IMG/VR virus record: IMGVR_UViG_3300028805_000115
DNA: 64,000 nt
Source: an uncultured virus (IMG/VR IMGVR_UViG_3300028805_000115)
Lineage: Duplodnaviria; Heunggongvirae; Uroviricota; Caudoviricetes
Direction: 5' to 3' (one strand)
This document shows, one piece after another, positions 51,138-60,537 of this stretch. Under the pieces are notes generated by a model. The model was not told the origin of the DNA. It did no database searches and worked only from the letters and a program-made list of their open reading frames with translations. A program made the position numbers and the translations under genes. Every line of letters starts with the position of its first letter. Within the stretch, counting starts at the first letter, position 1.

Positions 51138-52438
51138 CAGAATACGTCCTCCTTAGCATCTGACTTTTTAGTATTGCGCTTTCTTTCTTCACGCGGTTTA
51201 CTATCTCGCGCTACAGCATCATCAACAGTAGGTAGATACGTGAATGTTCCTGTGTCGATATCCCAATTATATGCTACCTCTCCACCAACTGTTCCGTATC
51301 GATTCTTCTTGACTCCTATCTTTAGCACATTATCCTTTGTCTGTCTGATTGACAGAACTTTTGTAGCATTCATGGCTATACCATCACTGTCTCTGATGCT
51401 CTCAAGCTCAGGTACTCCCTCTTTGTCAGCATCTATAACTCCATTTCTGTTCGCCTGAACTACTACCATGACAGGAATCTCAAGTTCTACACTCAGCGCG
51501 ATTAAATCCTCACTTATGTTTGTAAGCATCGTGGTTTTTGAATCTCCACGCTTATATCGCTCATCTGAAAGATACGTAATACCATCAATCGCGATACAAT
51601 CAAGCTTGTACTTCTTAACCCAATTCTTTAACTTGGTCACTGTTATCTGTCGCTGAAAATCTGCTGGCGTAGCCACTATGAATTTATTATCACGCTCTGC
51701 GACTTCCTCGATATATGCTTTATAGTCTGCATCATCAACGCCATCTTTTGACCACATCAAGCCTGTATTTGAATAATTCTTATACAGCGTATCAAAACGA
51801 TAACCTACACTGCTTGCTGACATCTCTGGTGATACATACCCAACATTGTAACCAATCTCCCATATGTGTGTGCATATCTTCTCAAGCACAAAGCTCTTGC
51901 CCATGTTTGTACGTGCTACGATGACGATAAATTCCTCTTTACGCTGTATGCAATGAATCAGACCATCAAGCTCCTCAAAACCACATGTAAAGAACCAATC
52001 GTTCTGATGTGTCTTTCTCTCTTGATACTGCTTATATCTGTTTACAGCATCTTTGATGATGTCAATTCCACCAACATCATATTCAGGCTGTAAATGTCGC
52101 ATCTCGTTTATAAGATATTCAGCGGCCACGTTTGAATCTGTCTTTAAAAGCTCTGCGGCCTTTGTAATAACGGGAACTGACCTGAAGTAAAGATATTCTT
52201 CTCGAATCTTCTCTACCAGATATCTGTCGCTTTCAGTGACTTCTACAAGCTCTACATCTGAAAACTCGTTAAGGAATGTAGCTTTGTCAGGCACATTTCC
52301 ATACTTCTCGTAATGCTCTAATATATAATCAATTTCCTCTTTGTATTCAGGAAAATAGTCAGCTGTGATGTTATTGTCTTGCATGATGGCAAGACTTCCT
52401 GTACTCAGCACTTTTGATATAATCTGCAAATCAACCAT
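51137..52438 (-). CDS. Replicative DnaB-like helicase
   Basis: ARTNMGKS, SPEM, IDG, QANR, KNRYG. Confidence 0.9.
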   Translation of the reverse strand: MVDLQIISKVLSTGSLAIMQDNNITADYFPEYKEEIDYILEHYEKYGNVPDKATFLNEFSDVELVEVTESDRYLVEKIREEYLYFRSVPVITKAAELLKTDSNVAAEYLINEMRHLQPEYDVGGIDIIKDAVNRYKQYQERKTHQNDWFFTCGFEELDGLIHCIQRKEEFIVIVARTNMGKSFVLEKICTHIWEIGYNVGYVSPEMSASSVGYRFDTLYKNYSNTGLMWSKDGVDDADYKAYIEEVAERDNKFIVATPADFQRQITVTKLKNWVKKYKLDCIAIDGITYLSDERYKRGDSKTTMLTNISEDLIALSVELEIPVMVVVQANRNGVIDADKEGVPELESIRDSDGIAMNATKVLSIRQTKDNVLKIGVKKNRYGTVGGEVAYNWDIDTGTFTYLPTVDDAVARDSKPREERKRNTKKSDAKEDVF

Positions 52439-53097
52439 TATCTCATGTCTCCGCCTTTCAGTGTTATTATCTCACTTGCCCCATATATTCTGCTTGTTAA
52501 TCTCTCGCCTAAAATCTTCTCAAGCTCGCTTTCAGTCATTATGTTTGAAGTAAATATATTTGACTTGCCTGCCAATATCCTGTTGTTTATTGCTGTGAAA
52601 AGCTGTGTATAATCGTACTGTGATATTCCTGTAATTGCTACATCATCCCACACAACAAGCGGAACATTCTCAAGATTATCCTTATACTCTTTTGATAATG
52701 GACTGTTAAAGTCTTTCAGCTTTATCAAGTAATCTGAAACAGAGACAAACATTCCTTGTAATCGCTCATAGTTTCCAGCTGACCTTTTGTGAAAGTATGT
52801 ATGAAGCATTCTTACAGCCCAACTTGTTTTACCGTTTCCAGCTCTTCCACAGATATACAGATTATTTCCGTCAGACACAAACTTTTCAATATCTGCTTTA
52901 ATAGCTTTTAAACGCACGTAAGCGGGTCTATCTACGCGATTTACATCGTTGATATACATCTCTATAGGCTGACGCAATTTAACCGGCAATCCGCTGTTTT
53001 CCATTTGCCAGCGCATCTCTAAAAATGTCCGACACATAAAACATCTGTCTGTACAAACATCTTTATACCAGCACTCAGAATTTCTCTGATTTTCCAT
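52438..53097 (-). CDS. DnaC/IstB-like helicase loader ATPase
   Basis: GRAGNGKT, VWDD, IFTSN, ERLTSRI. Confidence 0.85.
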   Translation of the reverse strand: MENQRNSECWYKDVCTDRCFMCRTFLEMRWQMENSGLPVKLRQPIEMYINDVNRVDRPAYVRLKAIKADIEKFVSDGNNLYICGRAGNGKTSWAVRMLHTYFHKRSAGNYERLQGMFVSVSDYLIKLKDFNSPLSKEYKDNLENVPLVVWDDVAITGISQYDYTQLFTAINNRILAGKSNIFTSNIMTESELEKILGERLTSRIYGASEIITLKGGDMR

Positions 53098-53854
53098 TTT
53101 TTATTTCCTCTCTAAATTGTATCTTATCTACCTTCTTGCGCTCATCATCGTAAGTATCAAAATTTGATTTTGATTTACTCTTGCAATCATACTTGCCCTC
53201 AAGTATGCTGATAAACTTATCCTCACGTAGAATGAAATCAATATCAGCTTTCCAACCTCTATCATTCTTTCCTGTAAGAAAACTCGATTTCTGCGCTTTC
53301 GTAAACACTGCTTTGATATCTTCAAGTGAATATCTCTTTATCAGCTTCTTTATAGCTTTCTCTCTTTTCTCTGTAAGCTTTACGCATTTAGGTAAATCAG
53401 TGCATATTTGGTGGTATAATTCTACGAAGGTATAAATTTCAGAATCCGTTTTTTCACTCTTAGCATTAATAGATTTATCTATTAATGCCTTTTTATTACT
53501 TGTTTTATTGCTTATATTATTAGCTCGTAAAATCTGCGATTCAGCATCGTAAATTTTATCATTCTGCTTAGTAAATTTTACTACTCTGCTTAGTACAGAT
53601 AAAGTTCTATGTCTCCCATCAAAGTTCAAAACTCTGATGTATTCAAGCTCTGTTAGATGTCTTATAGCTTTAGATACTGCGCTTTCACTACAATTACAAA
53701 ACTGCGCGAAATAATCATTTCCAGCTGTACAATGATTTTCATTATCCAAACTGTCTATCTCGGTATATATTACTTTTTCAAGCATTGACAGCTCATTATT
53801 AAGCCAAATCTCTTTTGGTATCCACACACCCTTAAAGTCTCGTTGTTCTTGCAT
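53075..53854 (-). CDS. Replication initiator (N-terminal wHTH)
   Basis: FKGVWIP, LS.LEK, N.YFA, VSKAI..L; C-terminal GKNDRGWKADIDF...EGKY. Confidence 0.8.
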   Translation of the reverse strand: MQEQRDFKGVWIPKEIWLNNELSMLEKVIYTEIDSLDNENHCTAGNDYFAQFCNCSESAVSKAIRHLTELEYIRVLNFDGRHRTLSVLSRVVKFTKQNDKIYDAESQILRANNISNKTSNKKALIDKSINAKSEKTDSEIYTFVELYHQICTDLPKCVKLTEKREKAIKKLIKRYSLEDIKAVFTKAQKSSFLTGKNDRGWKADIDFILREDKFISILEGKYDCKSKSKSNFDTYDDERKKVDKIQFREEIKNGKSEKF

Positions 53855-53871
53855 GATTTATAACTCCTTCT

Positions 53872-54044
53872 CAGAAAAAGTAAAAAGTACAAATTCTTCA
53901 TCGCTCCCACACGATGTTGAATTTGTACTTTGTCGGGGTCAAGTACGCTTCTCTTGAATATGAGGTCTCATATACAGCGACAACTGTGGGAGAAGCCGTC
54001 ACTTGACCTATTTGTTTAGCATATAACAGTTCAATCACTGTCAT
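53872..54044 (-). promoter_or_regulatory. Structured 5' leader / candidate transcription attenuator of the initiator operon
   Basis: Nested inverted repeats and a terminator-like hairpin with U-tract before the RBS (see findings). Confidence 0.6.
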
Positions 54045-54050
54045 AATAGT

Positions 54051-54079
54051 AGTATAACATGTTTATTTCAGATTGTCAA
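54051..54079 (-). promoter_or_regulatory. Promoter of the initiator operon (degenerate member of the repeat family)
   Basis: TTGACA-N17-TATACT with AAACATGTT in the spacer. Confidence 0.7.
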
Positions 54080-54082
54080 CAA

Positions 54083-54355
54083 CTATTTAAAAGTTCTTGA
54101 AATATCTTCAATCTGATTATCACACTCAGCATTTACAGTATCCCATAAAAGCTGTCTTTCTTTCTCGATATCTACTCCTGTAACGTCAGGAATCGCTCTT
54201 TCCTCATGATATTCTACTGTAAAGTAGTTATCCTTTATCTTTACGCTTGCACGACTCGTGGCCGCGATTACCGTGATTTTGGCAATGCTTTCGTAAGCTT
54301 TCTCTTTTGCTTTCGTAGTCTTTGTTGTTACTTTCTTTGTTGTTTTAGTCGGCAT
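54083..54355 (-). CDS. Hypothetical protein
   Basis: 90-aa ORF in operon. Confidence 0.6.
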   Translation of the reverse strand: MPTKTTKKVTTKTTKAKEKAYESIAKITVIAATSRASVKIKDNYFTVEYHEERAIPDVTGVDIEKERQLLWDTVNAECDNQIEDISRTFK

Positions 54356-54359
54356 GATA

Positions 54360-54764
54360 TCACCCCTTTTTCTTTGTGATTTTAAGACTTACTGTAACAG
54401 ATTTATCTTTACAGCTCGCCATCTTCTCTACAAAGTCAGGACCCATCAGATTGTGATAGATAGCGTTCTCAAGCGCGTTTTCATCAACCTGCTCTACAGT
54501 CTTAATTAATCCTAACTCTTTAAGCTGTTTCTTGCTAAAAGTGCTGTGAAGCAAATATAACAGCTTTTCCTCATCCATGCTCTCTCGAACAGATTCTATG
54601 TAGTTAGCTGTATAACCGTCAGTTTCGTACTTTTTAAGACCTGCACTTGCCATGATATCTTTGATTTCTGCGTTTTCGGAGTCACATACTTTCTTTAATT
54701 CGCCGGCTTCAGCTTTGTGCATTGCAAGCTGTGGTATAAGTTCATCCAACTTCTGTGTACTCAT
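54360..54764 (-). CDS. Hypothetical protein (Gam/Siphovirus-Gp157-like size and pattern)
   Basis: 134 aa with RBS; family call weak. Confidence 0.45.
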   Translation of the reverse strand: MSTQKLDELIPQLAMHKAEAGELKKVCDSENAEIKDIMASAGLKKYETDGYTANYIESVRESMDEEKLLYLLHSTFSKKQLKELGLIKTVEQVDENALENAIYHNLMGPDFVEKMASCKDKSVTVSLKITKKKG

Positions 54765-54774
54765 GATATCCTCC

Positions 54775-55032
54775 TTATAATGGTAAAGTTAAATCGATGT
54801 TCTCAATCTCAGCACGAACTTCCAGTATGTGCAAATATTTACCCATAGCTCTTGCTTGCTTCTGTAACAGCTCAAGACTGCATACAGGCTCGAATCCAAG
54901 TGTCCCTGCTTCCATCTTTATGATGGTCGAATGTAATTTGTTATACCTGATTTTTGTCTGATGATATTCTGCACGAAATCTTTCTTTGTAGTTGTCGGAT
55001 GTCATCGCATCCACTGTGTTTGCTAATTCCAT
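54775..55032 (-). CDS. Conserved phage hypothetical protein
   Basis: YKERFRAEY.Q.KIR...LL..Q..AM..YL.ILE.RA. Confidence 0.65.
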   Translation of the reverse strand: MELANTVDAMTSDNYKERFRAEYHQTKIRYNKLHSTIIKMEAGTLGFEPVCSLELLQKQARAMGKYLHILEVRAEIENIDLTLPL

Positions 55033-55035
55033 TTT

Positions 55036-55314
55036 TTACTCTCCTTTTTTAACATACTTTTGTGTTACTGCACCCATAGCTCCGTTACGACCGATGGGTA
55101 TCTTCTCTTTAAATTCTTTGACTTTCCAGATGTCACTGAATTTCCAGCTTCTTGTACCTCTTGCATGGTCCTGCTCAAAGTCAGGAAGAAGCTTTGACAG
55201 CTCATGGTCAGGCTCTGCCTGTTTGAATGCATACCAGTTATTGATTGTCTTAACAGATACACCAACTGACAGCGCAAGCTCCTCTACTTTGATGCGTCTT
55301 TCTTTAGTTGCCAT
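55036..55314 (-). CDS. HTH DNA-binding protein (MerR/excisionase-like)
   Basis: ELALSVGVSVKTINNW; own promoter TTGACA-N17-TATGTT at 55380-55352. Confidence 0.65.
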   Translation of the reverse strand: MATKERRIKVEELALSVGVSVKTINNWYAFKQAEPDHELSKLLPDFEQDHARGTRSWKFSDIWKVKEFKEKIPIGRNGAMGAVTQKYVKKGE

Positions 55315-55397
55315 ATTGATTCCTCCTTTCTTAAACATTTACTTTAAACATAACATAACACATTTAAAATGCGCTGTCAATCTCTTTTTTAACTGTC

Positions 55398-57071
55398 TCA
55401 CGACAGGAGGAAGTCAATGACTTCCTCTTTGTTGACAGTAAGCTTACCATCTACAAGCATATCTGCCATCGCGCCTTTCTTGTAAACAAGCTGATGTATT
55501 CTCTCATCGATGGTGTTCTTTGCAAGCAATGTATAGATTGTTACGTTCTCTTTTGTACCAACTCTGTGGCATCTATCTTCTGCTTGCTCTTTGTTAGCTC
55601 TGTTCCAAGGCTCATCCATGAAGATTTCTACTGTGCCAGCTGTAAGTGTTAAGCCTGTTCCCATCGCTCCTGTCGTTCCGATGATGACTTTACACTTGGG
55701 ATTGTTCTGGAACTCATTCTTTGCTGTCTCTCGCGCTTCAGCATTAAGCTCTCCTGTGATTGATACACAGTAATATTTCTTTTCAAGTCTCTCACGTATC
55801 GGTGTTGTCATCTGTGTCCAGTTGCTGAAGATGACAACTTTCTTACCGTTTGCTACAGCTTCTTCAACAAGCTCTTCCATTCTGTCAAGCTTTGCGCTTT
55901 CTCTGATACTGCTTGAAAGAATGCCGGTGTAACCAGTCGCCTGTCTCATTCTGATTAACTCAGCAAGTGGATTACTTGCTTTCTTTATCTGGTCGATGTT
56001 TGCTTGTATATCTGCTGTGACTTCTTTGTAAATCTGTAACTGCTTGGGTGTAAGCTCGACAAACTCATCAATATAAAGCTTTTCAGGAAGGTCAAGCACA
56101 TCACTCTTTAAACGTCTCAGCATGATTTCATTAAGTCTCTCGCTAAGCTCATCAAGATTCTTGTAACCGATGATTTCATATCCGCCGTATCCACCATATT
56201 CACAATAGTGCTTTTTGAAGCTGTAGAATGCATGACTCTCATATCCTAACCACTTCAGTATGATGAACAAGTCAATGGGCTGATTCATAACGGGTGTACC
56301 TGTCATCGCGATTCTTACCTTAGGCTCAAGCTTTAACAGTGCTTTGCCCTGCTGACTTGTAGGGTCTTTGCATTTATGTACTTCATCAACAGCGATGATA
56401 CCAATCTTGCCTGATTTGCAAAGCTCGCTTATCTTAGTCTGTATTGACTCATCGCGGATGCTCTCTATGTTTGTGATAATGAAATAGCTGTCTATGTTAT
56501 CGATGTTCTCTAAATCTGCTAACTTCTCTTTGTTACCCTTGATTTTACCATTTCTGTTACCAAGTATGTATCCTGTCTCGTTGCTGTGAATGCTTATCTC
56601 ATTCTGCCAGTTGTACTTCAGACCGTTGACACAACAGATAATCAAGCACTTTTTGATTTTGTACTGAAGCTTTTTAGCTACTGCGATGTCAATTACTTGC
56701 TTTGTCTTACCAAGTCCCTGCTCATCAGCAAGCAACCATCTGTCGTGATTCAAGCCATAATTGAAACCATCTATCTGATGCTCAAAGGGTTTTGTTTTGA
56801 ACTGAAATCCGTCGGGCATCTTAACTTCCTGCTTTGTCAGTGATACATACTCATTAGCGTTAATCTCGATTTCAAAGTCTGAAGCTTTCTCAATGAACTC
56901 AGCAAGCTTATTGAATGGAAGCTCCCACTCTTTGTTCTTAGCGTCCCAATGCTTCATCGGAAAGCTTCTCACTGCATCAACAAGTGACTGATTGTAAGGA
57001 AACGAAATAAACAAGCTGTTATCATCTATGCCGACATTTTCTCTCTTGCGAATATCGATTTTTACTGTCAT
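55398..57071 (-). CDS. SNF2-family helicase with HARP-like N-terminus
   Basis: DEQGLGKT, DEVH, TGTP..N, GTGLTL, QAEDRCHRVG. Confidence 0.92.
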   Translation of the reverse strand: MTVKIDIRKRENVGIDDNSLFISFPYNQSLVDAVRSFPMKHWDAKNKEWELPFNKLAEFIEKASDFEIEINANEYVSLTKQEVKMPDGFQFKTKPFEHQIDGFNYGLNHDRWLLADEQGLGKTKQVIDIAVAKKLQYKIKKCLIICCVNGLKYNWQNEISIHSNETGYILGNRNGKIKGNKEKLADLENIDNIDSYFIITNIESIRDESIQTKISELCKSGKIGIIAVDEVHKCKDPTSQQGKALLKLEPKVRIAMTGTPVMNQPIDLFIILKWLGYESHAFYSFKKHYCEYGGYGGYEIIGYKNLDELSERLNEIMLRRLKSDVLDLPEKLYIDEFVELTPKQLQIYKEVTADIQANIDQIKKASNPLAELIRMRQATGYTGILSSSIRESAKLDRMEELVEEAVANGKKVVIFSNWTQMTTPIRERLEKKYYCVSITGELNAEARETAKNEFQNNPKCKVIIGTTGAMGTGLTLTAGTVEIFMDEPWNRANKEQAEDRCHRVGTKENVTIYTLLAKNTIDERIHQLVYKKGAMADMLVDGKLTVNKEEVIDFLLS

Positions 57072-57084
57072 ACGTTTGCTCCTT

Positions 57085-57155
57085 TCAAGTGTCTTATCTC
57101 TCATCGACAAGAACATTATATAACACGTTTAATCATTTGTCAACACTTTTTTGAA
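57085..57155 (-). promoter_or_regulatory. Repeated early promoter element, copy 8
   Basis: TTGACA (57143-57138)-N17-TATAAT (57120-57115). Confidence 0.85.
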
Positions 57156-57495
57156 AAAATTTTTGTAAATCGTCCAAAGTCTTGTAAATATGCGCTCTTT
57201 CATCAGCTGAATGGGTTGAAATGTGCAATGCAATTATAAATTCTTTTATCTCTTTGCACAAATCACGCATCAGATTTACAACAGCTCTTTCTCCTGCATT
57301 TCCAAGCTCATATTCGCGTTTTATGTTCGCGTATGAAGAATATGTCGGCAAAATATCTAAAAGCTCTTTTTGAGTGCTTTCCGTGCGTTGTAGATGGTCT
57401 CTGACAATGTATAAAGATGCTAACTTCTGGCATGAGTCATAAGAGTTATCCTGTAACAGTCTTTTTATCTCGTTGTTTATATCATCTGTATTCAT
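57133..57495 (-). CDS. Hypothetical protein
   Basis: 120 aa with GGAGG RBS. Confidence 0.6.
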   Translation of the reverse strand: MNTDDINNEIKRLLQDNSYDSCQKLASLYIVRDHLQRTESTQKELLDILPTYSSYANIKREYELGNAGERAVVNLMRDLCKEIKEFIIALHISTHSADERAHIYKTLDDLQKFFQKSVDK

Positions 57496-57507
57496 ATATC
57501 CTCCCTA

Positions 57508-57538
57508 AAAAAGGCACCTCATCTCTGAAGTGCCTTTA
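57508..57538 (-). terminator. Intrinsic terminator
   Basis: AAAGGCAC...GTGCCTTT stem plus U-tract. Confidence 0.65.
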
Positions 57539-57541
57539 AAA

Positions 57542-58096
57542 TTATTTAATCTTCATGATGCAGTCTTTAATCGCCTGTCGTTCATGTTCGCTCATGGTAT
57601 CATCCATCAGTGTCTCTAACTTCTGTACCATCTTCTTTCTGGAAGCGTCTCTGCTATATTCGTTGGAATTTCCTTCTGCATTTGACCATCCTCTATCCTG
57701 ACTATTACGAAAGTTATCTCTGCTTTCGTTATATCGTCCGTCGCCATCTCCGTCTCGACCTCTACGTGCATTTGACTGCCCCTCATAAGAGTTGTTAGAC
57801 TGACCGTCATATGTATTTCCCATCCAAGGTCTCATGTTAGATGTGCCTTCCATTGAATAAGGATATCTGGCATTGGACATACCGCCAAAACTGTAATCCA
57901 TGCTCTGTCCGCCATCTTTCATCCTATCTTCCATTTCGTGCTTTTCAATACACTTGTCAACCACTTTAAGTGAAGATGTAAGTTTGTACAGATTATCCAG
58001 ACTATCCTTATTTAAGTCATGTTTTCTTTCGATTTCTCCAATCTCCCGTTCAAGCATATCACGGAGATTTTCATACATTTGAATTTTGTGTCCCAT
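57542..58096 (-). CDS. Hypothetical protein with low-complexity G/S/R/N centre
   Basis: RRGRDGDGDGRY; helical termini. Confidence 0.65.
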   Translation of the reverse strand: MGHKIQMYENLRDMLEREIGEIERKHDLNKDSLDNLYKLTSSLKVVDKCIEKHEMEDRMKDGGQSMDYSFGGMSNARYPYSMEGTSNMRPWMGNTYDGQSNNSYEGQSNARRGRDGDGDGRYNESRDNFRNSQDRGWSNAEGNSNEYSRDASRKKMVQKLETLMDDTMSEHERQAIKDCIMKIK

Positions 58097-58109
58097 AATA
58101 TTCTCCTTT

Positions 58110-58577
58110 CTATGCTATTCTTGATACTGTCATATTAGCGTTCTGAACTAATATAGCAGGTGCCGGGTCAGTGGGTGTTGCGCCCTCAGAAGTATTCTCT
58201 GCTGAAACATTGAAGCAACATCCCCTTGGTACATCGATTGTAGCGGTACTTGTTACATTAAAGAAATTCTCCTGTGTTGGAGGTTCTGTGGCAACTTCCG
58301 CGGGTGTTACTATTGCTCTGCTTGTTAAGATGGGTTCACCATCCAATGCTAAAGCAACACTGATGGGACCTGCTGTACCTGTAGAAGGTACAGCAATATT
58401 CCCATTAAATGTCACCTGATAACGTGCAAAACAATTATTCGTAATACCACGGAGAGTTACAATACCACTTCCGTTTCTGTGGTATACATAACCTTTATTA
58501 CATCCAATACGTGTATTGAGTGTAACAGGCTGATTAGCAAGTACAGTCTGTACTTCGTTTTTTGTAAACTCCGCCAT
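58110..58577 (-). CDS. Beta-rich protein (BclA-C/C1q-like)
   Basis: HRNGSG...YQVTFNGNI...NAN.TV.R. Confidence 0.55.
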   Translation of the reverse strand: MAEFTKNEVQTVLANQPVTLNTRIGCNKGYVYHRNGSGIVTLRGITNNCFARYQVTFNGNIAVPSTGTAGPISVALALDGEPILTSRAIVTPAEVATEPPTQENFFNVTSTATIDVPRGCCFNVSAENTSEGATPTDPAPAILVQNANMTVSRIA

Positions 58578-58590
58578 AGCTTATACCTCC

Positions 58591-59460
58591 TTAGAAATTG
58601 CCATTACCGCATCCACAGCCACATCCGCCAATGTTGTTATTTGACAGATTGGTAGCGCAAGTGAAAATAGGTGAACGGCCGAAAACGGGAGTAGTGTCTA
58701 CGGGACAGGTGGCAAGGCGGTTATAAATACCGTCTACGATTCTCTGGTCCTGAGCAATCTGTGAAGCCTGACCTCTTGCGTACAAGTTCTCCTGACGGAG
58801 CTGTGCGATTTCATCATTCTTAGCATCAATCTTGTCCTGGTATCTCTGGTCGCTCATAGCTTTAAAGCCGTCATTGATAGCATTAAGGATAGCCTGAGTG
58901 TTCTGAGTATCAGTTGCTCTTGTTGAGCAAGCTTCTGTAGCAATGGTGTACTTCACATCATTTGTTGCAAGTCTGTTTTCACAGCAACAGTCAGCTAACT
59001 TAGACTGGACACCATTAAAACCAGCATTCATTGCGGTCAGCTGATTAAAAGCAGTCTGCATATTTGCCATCTGGCGTGCATTAGCACCCTGCTCAACACC
59101 AGCAAAACCATTAGCAATAGCCATCTGAGTGCTGTTAAATCCATTACAAAGCTGAGTTGAAATATCAGCAATGTTGTCTCTGATGCCGTTTATACCATCA
59201 TTGAGCATTGCATCACGGAAACCATTGTTGGTGTTAGCGTTGATGTTATTCTGTCCGTTGAGTAACCAAGGGAAGTCATATCCTAACTGTGCTCCTCCGA
59301 AACCGCCGAAGCCTCCGCCCCAACCTCCGTTGCAACAAAGCAGTAAAAGTATGAGCCACCAGCCATCACCGCCGAATCCTCCACCCATACTACCTGAATA
59401 TGCAGGACCTACGGGCATGTAGAAGCCATTGCCTACGCCATTTTCCATTGAAAGTGACAT
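58591..59460 (-). CDS. Gly/Asn-rich membrane-anchored coiled-coil protein with CCC motif
   Basis: GWWLILLLL TM, ADCCCE, C-terminal GCGCGC. Confidence 0.7.
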   Translation of the reverse strand: MSLSMENGVGNGFYMPVGPAYSGSMGGGFGGDGWWLILLLLCCNGGWGGGFGGFGGAQLGYDFPWLLNGQNNINANTNNGFRDAMLNDGINGIRDNIADISTQLCNGFNSTQMAIANGFAGVEQGANARQMANMQTAFNQLTAMNAGFNGVQSKLADCCCENRLATNDVKYTIATEACSTRATDTQNTQAILNAINDGFKAMSDQRYQDKIDAKNDEIAQLRQENLYARGQASQIAQDQRIVDGIYNRLATCPVDTTPVFGRSPIFTCATNLSNNNIGGCGCGCGNGNF

Positions 59461-59546
59461 AATTTTTTCCTCCTATAAATTTTTTAGGTTAATGACTACT
59501 TCAAGATGTAGTCGTCTATAACAAAAGTCCTGCGCACTGACTTTTA

Positions 59547-59792
59547 TCATCTAAATAGATTCTGAATTTGTGGGTTATTTCTCATCTGCATGGCAGTATT
59601 TACCTGCTGTTGAGATACCTGACCTGTATTCAATAAATGTTGTACTATATCCTGAGGCTGATTAATATTTTGAGGTATATTGTATCTACTGGATACTATT
59701 TGCATAGGATTCTGTTTGAACTGTGCTATCATCTGTAACATATTAGCATTCACCAATTCTACCATCTCCCTCCGGTCTTTTTCGGTTGTCAC
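59547..59792 (-). CDS. Gln/Asn-rich small protein
   Basis: NP...P..IVQHLLNTGQVSQQQ; start uncertain. Confidence 0.6.
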   Translation of the reverse strand: MTTEKDRREMVELVNANMLQMIAQFKQNPMQIVSSRYNIPQNINQPQDIVQHLLNTGQVSQQQVNTAMQMRNNPQIQNLFR

Positions 59793-60156
59793 CCTTTAGG
59801 GCAAGTATCTCTTCCTGTAAATCCATCACTTTATTTACCAGGTCCGCCAAATCATTCTTGAGGGCATATTTGTTGGCATCCATTGCCGGTAACGTCTTTT
59901 CATCCGTTTCTTCCTTTATCAATTTATATCTCTCAAAAACAGGTGTATCAAATTGATTGAACCCCATTGTCTTTGTATAGATATAGGGTTTATTTTCGTC
60001 TTTGAATATTACAGAGTATCCGGGTCCAACAGGATACATTCTGGCTTCATTCTCATTTCGAACACTTAAAAGAGTGCCTGTTTGAATAGTTTGCTGTTGT
60101 GCGGCCTGTTGCTGTTGATAATAAGGTTGATAAGACTGCTGATAATAATTATTCAT
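59743..60156 (-). CDS. Hypothetical protein with Gln/Tyr-rich N-terminus
   Basis: EA..YPV.PG.S...D......Y.K. Confidence 0.65.
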   Translation of the reverse strand: MNNYYQQSYQPYYQQQQAAQQQTIQTGTLLSVRNENEARMYPVGPGYSVIFKDENKPYIYTKTMGFNQFDTPVFERYKLIKEETDEKTLPAMDANKYALKNDLADLVNKVMDLQEEILALKGDNRKRPEGDGRIGEC

Positions 60157-60537
60157 TTATACCTCCTTTTTCCAATAGTAAATTGGAATTTCATTTCCAC
60201 TATCCCAGGTGTCAAAGTAATTTCCGTCTTTGACAGCTACTACATGTGTACCAGTCGCTAAAAGATATTCACCCTGTGGATAGTCTCTTGTAAAATCTTT
60301 TATTGTATAACAATCAGGACAGGTGTTAGGGATTGCTCTACGTTGAAAACCATTTTGATGTAAATACGCTCCCCAAACTGCATTAGAAGATGGCATGTCG
60401 TGCATCATGAATCCTTGTAGAACTACGTTCATATACGCTGTTTCCCAATCCTGCTTCATCAACAGACTTATTCCACGTATCACGCAATCTCCCGTCAGAT
60501 TGTTTGATGGATTTGGATTGATGTAGATGTACGCCAT
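60157..60537 (-). CDS. Putative papain-like (Cys-His-Asp) peptidase
   Basis: NPNP...GDCVIR, THVVAV, YFDTWDSG. Confidence 0.5.
   Translation of the reverse strand: MAYIYINPNPSNNLTGDCVIRGISLLMKQDWETAYMNVVLQGFMMHDMPSSNAVWGAYLHQNGFQRRAIPNTCPDCYTIKDFTRDYPQGEYLLATGTHVVAVKDGNYFDTWDSGNEIPIYYWKKEV

Noticed and set aside
31840..57155. Repeated element read as a CRISPR array or attC-like sites
   Set aside because: Copies are 0.5-8 kb apart and match sigmaA promoter consensus; no cas operon or integrase is present.
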